From positions 1,740,001 to 1,772,000 of the forward strand of contig CAWJMG010000003.1 of assembly GCA_963843975.1 (NCBI GenBank): DNA of 32,000 nucleotides. Direction: 5' to 3'. Positions 24,286 to 32,000 of the stretch are shown here, one piece after another (positions within the stretch are counted from its first letter, which is position 1; each line of letters starts with the position of its first letter). A model generated the notes under the pieces. That model was not told the origin of the DNA and did no database searches. It worked only from the letters and a program-made list of their open reading frames with translations. The translations under genes were made by a program, and so were the position numbers. Source of the stretch: an uncultured Actinomycetes bacterium (GTDB taxonomy: Bacteria; Actinomycetota; Actinomycetes; S36-B12; CAIYMF01).

Positions 24286-26172
24286 ATGACTCCAGGTATG
24301 AGGTCGTCGACGCCCGCGCACCGCCGGTCACGTGCCGCGGCGCTCGCGCTCGGCACCGTGCTCGCCGTGGTCGGGCTCGCCGCGGGGGTCGCCCCCGCCA
24401 CCGGGGCCGCGGTCTCCGCGCCCGCAGCGACCGCCCCCAAGGCGGCAGCCCCGGTCACGCCGCAGTTCACCGAGGCCATCGACTCCCAGGCCGAGTACCA
24501 GGGGCAGGCCCTGTGCGAGCCTGCGCCGAAGCCCGGCACCCGGGCCCTCGGCGCCCTGATCCAGGCGACCTACCCGGCGTACCCGACGATCGGCTACGAG
24601 CGCAGCTGCGCGAGCGGCGGCCAGAGCGAGCACAAGGACGGCCGCGCTCTCGACTGGATGGTCAGTGTCCGGACGCCCGCGCAGAAGGCGGCGGCTGACG
24701 CGTTCCTCGCCTGGCTCCTCGCCCCTGACGCGAACGGCGTCCCCGCCGCGATGGCCCGCCGCATCGGCGTGATGTACGTCGGATGGGACGACCGGATCTG
24801 GCGCGGTTACGGCGCGACCGGCTGGAAGGGACTGTTCGACTGCCAGACGAACCCTGCCCGCGCGACGACGACGTACGACACCTACTGCCACCGCAACCAC
24901 ATCCACATCTCGCTCACGTGGGACGGCGCCCGCGGCTGGACCTCGTTCTTCGACGGCAGCCCGCTCACGACGCCCGACTGCGCCGCGCCGACGACGGCCG
25001 TCACCGTGCCCGCGGCCGCGGCCCTGCAGCTCGTGCCCGTGCGCGCCGTCCGCGTGCTCGACACCTCGACGGCGGCCGGCACCCCCGTGCGCTGCCGGGC
25101 GAGCGGCCCGAGCTGGGCCGGTCAGAAGCGCGCGGTCGCCGCCAAGGTGACCGGACTCGGCGGCATCCCCAAGGCGGGGGTCTCGGCCGTGCTCGTCCGC
25201 GTCTACCCGCTCGGCACCAACACGACCACGACGCTCTCGGTCTGGACCGCGGGCGCCTCGGCCCCCGCCGCGGCGGCTGCGTCGAGCGGCTACGCGAACC
25301 GCCTGGTCTCGTCGACGTACGTCGTGCCCGTCGCCTCGGACGGCACCATCCGCGTGCAGTCGGCGTACGGCGCGACGCACGTGGCTGTCGACGTCCTCGC
25401 CTGGGCGCCGACCGCGAGCGCGGCCGCCGTCGCGACCGTGGGCGGCAACGTCCACGCCCAGGCCTCGCTTCGCGCGGCGACCGTGACGGTCGAGCCCGGT
25501 GCGACGGTGCTCGTCCCGCTCGCGGGCACGGCCGGCATCCCCCAGGCCGGCCTGACCGGTGTGCAGCTGCGGGTGTCGGCCTCCGCGCCCTCGGCCGGCG
25601 CGACGGGCACGGTCCGCGTGGGATCCGTTGGCACCGACGGCATCGCAGCCCTCCCCCGTCGCTTCACCGTCGCCTACAGCGGCACGCTGATCCGGTCGTC
25701 GTCGGCCACCATCGCCTCGACCGACGGCCGCGTGGCGGTCGCCAACGACGGCGCGGTCCCCGTGACCGTCGCCGTCGACGTCGCCGGCTGGTACGGCGCC
25801 GCCGACGACTCCACGGGTGCCCGCTACGTGCCGCGCTCACCGCTCAAGGTGCTCGACTCCTTGACCGGCGTCGGCATCTCCGCGCCGCTGACCGCCGATG
25901 TGCCCGCGACGCTGACGCTCGCACCGGCCGCCCTCCCCGCGGGCACCACCGGGCTCGTGCTGTCGGTGCAGACCCGGGGACGGTCCGGCGCGGGCTCGCT
26001 GCTCGTCGCGCCGGCCGGCGCAACGGCCGAGGGACGCAGCGCCGACCTCGTCTCCTCGATCTGGTCGACCGACCTCGTGGTCGTGCCCGTCGGTGCCGAC
26101 GGCACGCTGTCGCTGCTCGCGACCGGCACGGGCGCAGACGTCCGCGCGTTCGTCGTCGGCTACCTGCGCTGA
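24286..26172 (+). CDS. Secreted LAS-type (peptidase M15 / DD-carboxypeptidase-like) zinc hydrolase domain plus three tandem domains of about 120 aa
   Basis: GGGGAG lies upstream of the ATG. The N-terminus is signal-like. H115-x6-D122 (SEHKDGRALDW) and H205-x-H207 (HRNHIHIS) form the LAS-enzyme zinc-ligand pattern. Three C-terminal repeats follow. Confidence 0.6.
   Translation: MTPGMRSSTPAHRRSRAAALALGTVLAVVGLAAGVAPATGAAVSAPAATAPKAAAPVTPQFTEAIDSQAEYQGQALCEPAPKPGTRALGALIQATYPAYPTIGYERSCASGGQSEHKDGRALDWMVSVRTPAQKAAADAFLAWLLAPDANGVPAAMARRIGVMYVGWDDRIWRGYGATGWKGLFDCQTNPARATTTYDTYCHRNHIHISLTWDGARGWTSFFDGSPLTTPDCAAPTTAVTVPAAAALQLVPVRAVRVLDTSTAAGTPVRCRASGPSWAGQKRAVAAKVTGLGGIPKAGVSAVLVRVYPLGTNTTTTLSVWTAGASAPAAAAASSGYANRLVSSTYVVPVASDGTIRVQSAYGATHVAVDVLAWAPTASAAAVATVGGNVHAQASLRAATVTVEPGATVLVPLAGTAGIPQAGLTGVQLRVSASAPSAGATGTVRVGSVGTDGIAALPRRFTVAYSGTLIRSSSATIASTDGRVAVANDGAVPVTVAVDVAGWYGAADDSTGARYVPRSPLKVLDSLTGVGISAPLTADVPATLTLAPAALPAGTTGLVLSVQTRGRSGAGSLLVAPAGATAEGRSADLVSSIWSTDLVVVPVGADGTLSLLATGTGADVRAFVVGYLR
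25024..26169 (+). repeat. Three tandem protein-domain repeats inside the hydrolase gene
   Basis: The repeats cover about aa 247-375, 385-506 and 512-628. They share the pattern VRVLD...G...G(I/L)P..G..(A/G)V.L.V...........(V/L)VPV..DG.(I/L).....G...V..DV.G(W/Y). The similarity is at protein level, not nucleotide level. Confidence 0.55.
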
Positions 26173-26213
26173 CCCTTGGCGCCGTGCGCTGCGGCGTACG
26201 GCAGGATCTGCGC

Positions 26214-26993
26214 GTGACCGCACACCGAAGCACCACCGGACGCCGCGGCGTCGCCGTCGTCACCGGGGCCAGCAGCGGCATCGGCGCCGCGACCGCACGA
26301 CGTCTCGCCGCCGACGGCTTCGCCGTGGTCGCGGCCGCGCGCCGCGTCGACCGCCTCGCCGCCCTCGCCGCCGAGCACCCGGCCATCACAGCGCTGGAGC
26401 TCGACGTGACCGACCCGGAGTCGGTAGCCGCCTTCGCCGCCGCGGTGCCCGAGTGCAGCGTGCTCATCAACAACGCCGGCGGCTCGTACGACCTCGCGCC
26501 CATGGCCACCGGCGACCCGGCGACCTGGGAGCGCACGTACGACGTCAACGTGGTCGGCACGCTGCGGGTCACGCAGGCGCTGCTGCCCGCGCTGGTGGCG
26601 GGTGCCAGCGACGACCGCACCGCGACCGTCGTCCTCCTCGGCTCGACCGCCGGGCACAGCGTGTACGAGGGCGGCGGCAGCTACACCGCCGCGAAGCACG
26701 CCGTCGCCGCCATGGCCGCGACGCTCCGCCTCGAGCTCAACGGCCAGCCCGTCCGCGTCACCGAGATCGCCCCCGGCATGGTGCGCACCGACGAGTTCGC
26801 GCTCAACCGCTTCGACGGCGACGCCGACCGCGCGGCAGCGGTGTACGCCGGCGTCGACGCGCCGCTGACGGCCGAGGACATCGCCGACTGCATCTCGTGG
26901 GTCGTGACCCGACCGGCGCACGTCGACATCGACCTCATGGTCGTGCGCCCGGTCGCGCAGGCCGCCAACCACAAGGTCCACCGCCGCACCTGA
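26214..26993 (+). CDS. SDR-family short-chain oxidoreductase
   Basis: GTG at 26214 lies in the frame of the 24783..26993 ORF. Motifs VTGASSGIGAA, NNAG and the catalytic YTAAKHA. Confidence 0.9.
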   Translation: MTAHRSTTGRRGVAVVTGASSGIGAATARRLAADGFAVVAAARRVDRLAALAAEHPAITALELDVTDPESVAAFAAAVPECSVLINNAGGSYDLAPMATGDPATWERTYDVNVVGTLRVTQALLPALVAGASDDRTATVVLLGSTAGHSVYEGGGSYTAAKHAVAAMAATLRLELNGQPVRVTEIAPGMVRTDEFALNRFDGDADRAAAVYAGVDAPLTAEDIADCISWVVTRPAHVDIDLMVVRPVAQAANHKVHRRT

Positions 26994-27149
26994 TCCCGAC
27001 ATGGGCCGGGCCCGCCGACCGTGCTGCCAGGTCTCCCCCGTGCGGAGCTGGCTGCCGGTCGTCGGGCCCGTCCAGGCACTCTCCTCCGACCGCCTACCCC
27101 GTCCGGACCATTCGGGACGAGCCGAAGTCGACGCGTCGCGGCCCTCGCG

Positions 27150-28153
27150 TCAGTCCGCCCGCGGCTGCTCGGGGTTTGCCTCGATCAGGGCCCGCCCGAC
27201 CCGCGTCGCGCGGTAGTGCACCTCGCGGCCGTGCCGGTCCGACGACACGAGGCCCGCGTCGCGCAGGACGGCGAGGTGCTCGCTCACCGTCGCCATGCTC
27301 ATGCCCGAGACCGCCGCCAGCGCGGACGTCGTCATCGGCGACGCCGTCGCCCTCAGCACCCGCGCCCTGGTGCGGCCCATGAGCGAGGCGAGGCCGTCGA
27401 TGGTGGTCGGGGCGCCCTCGTCCCAGATGACGCCGAGCGACCGGGTCGGGAAGACCAGCCGGGTCGGTCCGCCCGGTACGGCGGCGATCGACGCGCGTGG
27501 GGCGTTGAAGGCGCTCGGCACGATCATGAGCCCGGTCCCGCGCCGGTCGACCTCCTGCGCCACCGCCGTGGGCGACACGACGAGGGTCTCGCCGTCCCAG
27601 GCGATGCGGGGGTGCAGCCTCTCGAGCATGACGCCCATGCCCCGGTCGGCGGCAATGCTCGTCCACCAGCCGATGTCGGCCTCGACGTGGCGTCGGATCG
27701 TCGGCCACCAGGGCCGCACGAGCGCGTCCCACGCCGTGCCCAGCGCCGAGGCGAGGCGTTCGCTTCCGCCGTCGCCGGACAGGGCCGCACGCAGCTCGGC
27801 CGCCGGTTCGTCGACGACCTCCAGCACCGCGGCGCGGACGAGCCGTCGGGCAGGGCCGCGAGCGCATCGAGGTCGGCGCGGATGTCCGAGGCCCCGCGAT
27901 CGGTGACCGGATCCAGGGACAGGGGCGGTCCGAGCAGCTCGGGGGTGAGCCCGTCGGGTCGGGTCAGCGGCGCGAGCATCACCAGGTCGGGGTGGTCGAG
28001 ATGGTGCGACACCGCGCGCAGCCACCCGTCGTACGGGCCGGGCGAGGTCGCCCCCTGAGCCGTACGCAGAGCCAGCATGAGCTCGAGGATCGCTGAGGTG
28101 GCGAAGCGAGTACGCAGGATGTCGTCGCCGCTGAGGGTGACGCGGTGCTCCAC
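27150..28153 (-). pseudogene. ArsR-type winged-helix regulator with a DUF5937-like N-terminal domain, with one base missing near 27842
   Basis: The N-terminus from GTG 28153 (GGGGAGGG upstream; VTLSGDDILRTRFATSAILELMLAL) is in the 27524..28243 frame. The C-terminus, with wHTH TSALAAVSGMSMATVSEHLAVLRDAGLV, is in the 27150..28157 frame. The length of 1004 nt is 3n-1. The exact shift position is inferred, not seen. Confidence 0.7.
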
Positions 28154-28307
28154 GCACCCTCCCCTCTCGTCTCCCCGACGTCGGCGACCGGGCGCGGTCG
28201 CCGTGCGCATCGTATGTAAGCGACGCCGTCCGAGGCTCGTCATGGCCGAAGCGTCACCCGGTGAGTCGCGGCCCTACCCTGGGGCCGACCCGACCCCGGA
28301 GGCACCC

Positions 28308-29153
28308 ATGCCCGGCACGTCCCGCACCGCCCGCCCGGCCGAGCGCTCTGTCGTCGACACCGACACCGTCGCGCAGTTCCGCGTGAACGGCGCGGTCGTG
28401 GTGCGCGGGCTGTTCACACCCGACGAGGTCGCGACCGTCGAGCGCGGCATCGAGCGCAACCTGGCCGAGCCGTCACCTCTCTTCCTCGTGGCGAGCCGCG
28501 ACGGGGATCCCGGCCGCTTCGTCGAGGACTTCTGCAGCTGGCAGCGCATCCCGGAGTTCGAGGAGATCGCGTTCGAGTCGCGCGCCGCCGATGCCGCAGC
28601 CGCACTCATGCAGAGCGGCACCGTGCGCCTCTTCCACGACCACGTGCTCGTGAAGGAGCCGGGCACCGCGCAGGAGACGCCCTGGCACCAGGACCAGCCC
28701 TACTACAACGTCGACGGCGTCCAGAACTGCTCGATGTGGATGCCCGTCGACCCCGTAGCGCCCGAGTCGACGCTGGAGTTCCTCGCCGGCTCGCACCTCG
28801 GCGGCTGGCTCATGCCCCGCTCGTTCATGGACTCCCAGGCCAAGTGGTTCCCCGAGGGCACCCTGCACGAGCTTCCCGTCATCGAGGGCTTCCGCGACCA
28901 GCACGAGATCCTCGGCTGGGCGCTCGAGCCGGGCGACGTCGTCTTCTTCCACATGCTCACCGTCCACCACGCGTACGGCGTCCCCGGCGCCCACCGCCGT
29001 CGCGCGTTCTCCCTGCGATTCCTCGGCGACGACGCCGTCCACGCGCCGCGGCCGTGGCGCACGTCGCCGCCGTTCGAGGGCCTCGAGGCCGAGCTGCCGG
29101 CCGGCGTCCCCATGGACCACCCGCTGTTCCCGCTCCTGCGCGCCTCCGACTGA
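28308..29153 (+). CDS. Phytanoyl-CoA dioxygenase (PhyH) family Fe(II)/2-oxoglutarate oxygenase
   Basis: ATG at 28308 has GGAGG seven nt upstream; ATG at 28242 is the alternative start. WHQDQPYY carries the HxD iron ligands, and a distal His lies in MLTVHHA. Confidence 0.75.
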   Translation: MPGTSRTARPAERSVVDTDTVAQFRVNGAVVVRGLFTPDEVATVERGIERNLAEPSPLFLVASRDGDPGRFVEDFCSWQRIPEFEEIAFESRAADAAAALMQSGTVRLFHDHVLVKEPGTAQETPWHQDQPYYNVDGVQNCSMWMPVDPVAPESTLEFLAGSHLGGWLMPRSFMDSQAKWFPEGTLHELPVIEGFRDQHEILGWALEPGDVVFFHMLTVHHAYGVPGAHRRRAFSLRFLGDDAVHAPRPWRTSPPFEGLEAELPAGVPMDHPLFPLLRASD

Positions 29154-29183
29154 GACTGCTCGCCTGACCCCCTCGACGGAATA

Positions 29184-29202
29184 GCCCTCGCCGGGCGAGG
29201 GT
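29184..29202 (+). terminator. Short hairpin after the PhyH gene
   Basis: gCCCTCGC-cgg-GCGAGGGt, 30 nt after the stop, followed by tgcgtg (a poor U tract). Confidence 0.3.
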
Positions 29203-29254
29203 TGCGTGAGGACGTGAGGCCCGGATCCGCGGGCGGGGACGCGGGAGGGCATAC

Positions 29255-31129
29255 GTGAGCACTGACGACGAGGCACCGACCCGTTCGCTGTGGGGCGGCG
29301 GCTCGGCGATGACGTCGTACCTCCGCACCGAGAGCGGCAGCTCTGTCGTGCTCCTTTCTGCGGCGCTGCTCGGGCTCGTGTGGGCGAACGTCGCGACGTC
29401 GTCGTACGACGAGTTCTGGGAGACGGCGCTCTCGATCGGCTTCGGCGACCACGTGCTGTCACTGCCCCTGCGCGAGTGGGTCAACAGCGGGCTCATGGCG
29501 TTCTTCTTCTTCGTCGTCGGGCTCGAGACGCGGCGAGAGCTCGACCTCGGCGAGTTCCGCGAGCGGCGCAACCTGCTGCTGCCGGTCGCCGCAGGCGTCG
29601 CGGGCATGGTGGCTGCCGGCCTGCTCTACCTCCTCGTCACGCGCGGCACCCCTGCCGCCGCCGGCTGGGGCATCCCTCTCTCGACCGACACGGCGTTCGC
29701 CCTGGGGGTGCTGGCCTTCGCGGGTCGCGGCAACCGCCGGCGCCTCCGCGCGTTCCTGCTGAGCGTCGTCGTCACCGACGACATCGCGATCCTGTTCGTG
29801 ATCGCGTTCGCGTTCACCGAGTCGCTGCAGGTCGGCGCCCTCGCCGTCGCGATCGCCGTGCTCGCGCTCATCGTCGTGCTCGCCCGTCGCCGCCGGCGCG
29901 GCGGTGCGGTCTACCTCGTGCTCGGCATCGTCGCGTGGGTCGCCATGCACGACGCCGGCGTCGACCCGGTGATCGTGGGCCTGGTCGTCGGGCTGCTCGC
30001 GATCGCGCATCGCCCCGACCGCGAGACGCTCGAGGGCGCCTCGCACCTCTTCCGCGACTTCCGCGAGCAGCCGTCCGCCGCCCTGGCCCGCACCGCCGAG
30101 GTGGGTCTGCGGTCGGCGGTGTCCCCCAACGAGCGGATGCTCACGATCTGGCACCCGTGGAGCAGCTATGTCGTCGTCCCGCTGTTCGCCCTCGCCAACA
30201 CCGGCTTCCCCATCCCGTGGGGCTCCCTCGGCGCGGCGCTGACCTCGACCGTCACCATCGCGGTCGTCGTCGGCCTGGTCGTCGGCAAGCCGCTCGGCGT
30301 GATCCTCACGTCGTGGCTCGCCGTACGGCTCTCACTTGGACGCATCACGACGCCGATCGGGTGGGCCGGCGTGCTCGGCACCGCCACGGTCTCCGGCGTC
30401 GGCTTCACCCTCAGCCTGCTCATCGCCACGCTCGCCTTTGACGGCGAAGACCTCGAGCACGCCAAGCTCGGCGTGATCGTCGCGGCGGTCGTCTCGACGC
30501 TGCTCACCTGGCTGGTCTTCCGCGTCACCGACGCGCTGCCCGAGAAGCGCCGCGAGCGCGCGCTCTTCGGATCGTCGGCCCTGCCATCGGACCTCGTCGA
30601 CGACGTCGACCCCCAGGGCGACCACGTGCGCGGCGACCTCGACGGCGAGGTGACGCTCGTGGAGTACGGCGACTTCGAGTGCCCCTACTGCGGCCAGGCC
30701 GAGCCGATCGTGCGCGCGCTGCTCGAGGACGAGGTCGGTCTGCGCTACGTCTGGCGGCACCTGCCGCTGCGCGACGTCCACCCGCACGCCCAGCTCGCCG
30801 CCGAGGCGTCGGAGGCGGCCGCCTCGCAGGGCGCGTTCTGGGAGATGCACGACCTCCTGCTCGACCACCAGGGGGCGCTCACCGTCTCCGACCTGCTGCA
30901 GTACGCCGACGGGCTCGGTCTCGACGTGAAGCGCTTCGCGCGCGAGCTCCGCGACCGCCGTCACGCCCAGCGCATCGAGGGCGACGTCGACTCCGCCGAC
31001 GCCAGCGAGGTGTCCGGCACGCCGTCGTTCTTCATCAACGGACAGCGCTACACCGGGCCCGTCGAGGAGGAGCCGCTCCGCGAGGCCCTCGAGCTCGCGC
31101 GCCAGAACGCACGGGCCGCGGCCTTGTAG
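29255..31129 (+). CDS. nhaA: Na+/H+ antiporter NhaA fused to a C-terminal DsbA-like thioredoxin-fold domain
   Basis: GTG at 29255 has GGGAGGG upstream. The NhaA core carries INSGLMAFFFFVVGLE-like WVNSGLMAFFFFVVGLE and the VVTDDI Asp pair. The C-terminal roughly 170 aa carries FECPYCGQ (CxxC) and GTPSFFING, which are DsbA-family motifs. Confidence 0.85.
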   Translation: MSTDDEAPTRSLWGGGSAMTSYLRTESGSSVVLLSAALLGLVWANVATSSYDEFWETALSIGFGDHVLSLPLREWVNSGLMAFFFFVVGLETRRELDLGEFRERRNLLLPVAAGVAGMVAAGLLYLLVTRGTPAAAGWGIPLSTDTAFALGVLAFAGRGNRRRLRAFLLSVVVTDDIAILFVIAFAFTESLQVGALAVAIAVLALIVVLARRRRRGGAVYLVLGIVAWVAMHDAGVDPVIVGLVVGLLAIAHRPDRETLEGASHLFRDFREQPSAALARTAEVGLRSAVSPNERMLTIWHPWSSYVVVPLFALANTGFPIPWGSLGAALTSTVTIAVVVGLVVGKPLGVILTSWLAVRLSLGRITTPIGWAGVLGTATVSGVGFTLSLLIATLAFDGEDLEHAKLGVIVAAVVSTLLTWLVFRVTDALPEKRRERALFGSSALPSDLVDDVDPQGDHVRGDLDGEVTLVEYGDFECPYCGQAEPIVRALLEDEVGLRYVWRHLPLRDVHPHAQLAAEASEAAASQGAFWEMHDLLLDHQGALTVSDLLQYADGLGLDVKRFARELRDRRHAQRIEGDVDSADASEVSGTPSFFINGQRYTGPVEEEPLREALELARQNARAAAL

Positions 31130-31149
31130 GGCTGGGTAGCCTCAGCCGC

Positions 31150-31584
31150 ATGCCTATCAAGCTGGAGAACGTCGGCATCGCCGTCCGCGACCTCGACGAT
31201 GCCATCGCCTTCTTCACCGACCTCGGTCTCACCGTCCTCGGCCGCGACACCGTCAGCGGCGAGTGGACCGACACCGCGGTCGGCCTCGACGGCAACCACT
31301 CCAGGATCGCGATGCTCCAGACCCCGGACGGCCAGGGCACGCTCGAGCTCTTCGAGTACATCCACCCCGCCGCCATCGAGACCGAGCCGACGCGCCCCAA
31401 CGAGATCGGCATGCACCGCGTCGCGTTCTCCGTCGACGACATCGACGCCGCCCTGGAGATCGCCGCCAAGCACGGGTGCCATCCGCTGCGCGGCGTGGCG
31501 ACGTACGAGGACATCTACAAGCTCACCTACCTGCGCGGCCCCAGCGGCATCATCGTGATGCTGGCCCAGGCCCTGCAGAAGTAG
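31150..31584 (+). CDS. VOC (glyoxalase/bleomycin-resistance/dioxygenase) family protein
   Basis: ATG at 31150 lies in the frame of the 30679..31584 ORF. The stretches LENVGIAVRDLDDAIAFFTDLG and GMHRVAFSVDDIDAAL are typical VOC beta-alpha-beta-beta-beta modules. Confidence 0.7.
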   Translation: MPIKLENVGIAVRDLDDAIAFFTDLGLTVLGRDTVSGEWTDTAVGLDGNHSRIAMLQTPDGQGTLELFEYIHPAAIETEPTRPNEIGMHRVAFSVDDIDAALEIAAKHGCHPLRGVATYEDIYKLTYLRGPSGIIVMLAQALQK

Positions 31585-31593
31585 CGGCCGGGA

Positions 31594-31980
31594 GTGCACG
31601 TGCTGGAGACATCGGAGGCGGTCGCCTTCCTGCCGTCGCAGGACCTCGAGCGTTCGGAGCGGTTCTTCGCCGGCGTGCTGGGCCTCGAGGTGATGAGCCG
31701 GTCTCCCTTCGCCACGGTGTTCCGCGTCGGGGGCGCCACGCTGCGCGTCACGAAGGTCGACGAGCTGCGACCGCAGCCGTTCACCGTCTTCGGGTGGGTT
31801 GTGCCGGACCTCCGCGCCGTGATCCGCGAGCTGCACGACCGCGAGACCGAGCAGCTCCGCTACGACGGCATGGGCCAGGACGACGACGGCATCTGGACGA
31901 CGCCCGGCGGCGACCTCGTCGCCTGGTTCCACGACCCCGACGCGAACGTCCTGTCCCTGACCCAGCTCGCCCAGGAATGA
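31594..31980 (+). CDS. VOC family protein (second, divergent copy)
   Basis: 128-aa ORF. GTG at 31600, with GGGAG upstream, is an alternative start. Contains SERFFAGVLGLE and WFHDPDANVLSL. Confidence 0.6.
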   Translation: MHVLETSEAVAFLPSQDLERSERFFAGVLGLEVMSRSPFATVFRVGGATLRVTKVDELRPQPFTVFGWVVPDLRAVIRELHDRETEQLRYDGMGQDDDGIWTTPGGDLVAWFHDPDANVLSLTQLAQE

Positions 31981-32000
31981 GCTGGCACCGGCACAACCAG

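Noticed and set aside
24783-26993. 736-aa plus-strand ORF
   Set aside because: Only the last 259 codons (the SDR from GTG 26214) are real. The upstream part is an alternative frame of the hydrolase gene with Arg/Gly/Pro junk composition.

Overview
This is a very GC-rich chromosomal segment (by eye about 70-75% G+C, with G/C at nearly every third codon position). The gene content looks actinobacterial, Micrococcales-like. I can support about 38 tightly packed protein genes, one TPP riboswitch and a few hairpins or operator-like repeats. I saw no rRNA, tRNA, CRISPR array, transposase or integrase. All family names come from motifs I recognise by eye; nothing was searched. Layout: 1-637 (+) holds a kinase-like gene fragment and a DUF5522-like gene. 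659-4890 (-) is a six-gene, translationally coupled operon: two paralogous secreted coiled-coil/low-complexity proteins, then ApbE flavin transferase, a ferric-reductase-like membrane cytochrome, a NuoF-like Fe-S flavoprotein and a ferredoxin. 5132-6818 (-) holds a YpfJ-type zinc metallopeptidase and an extremely acidic secreted protein. 6974-11027 (-) is a glycerol operon (glpK, a GlpA-like FAD dehydrogenase with a BFD-type 2Fe-2S tail, and a second FAD/NAD(P) oxidoreductase) in which every gene carries one extra base. 11175-14860 holds small membrane proteins, a DUF222/HNH (REP13E12-type) gene, and DUF805 plus an MfpA-like pentapeptide-repeat gene. 15167 starts a beta-carbonic anhydrase. 15750-19246 (-) is thiBPQ behind a TPP riboswitch. 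19303-24141 holds mixed housekeeping and hypothetical genes, including a possible LCIB-like beta-CA-fold protein and a CAP-domain protein. 24286-26172 (+) is a secreted LAS-type hydrolase with three tandem domains. The rest holds an SDR, a frameshifted ArsR-like regulator divergent from a PhyH dioxygenase, a NhaA-DsbA fusion and two VOC genes. The most interesting signal is the ApbE operon. It encodes no FMN-binding-domain acceptor and its ApbE has no export signal. Flavinylation-consensus-like motifs sit in the NuoF-like N-terminus and at the C-termini of the two secreted paralogs. An 11-bp-phased direct repeat (GTCCAAG on the + strand) lies upstream of this operon and recurs upstream of the acidic secreted protein gene.
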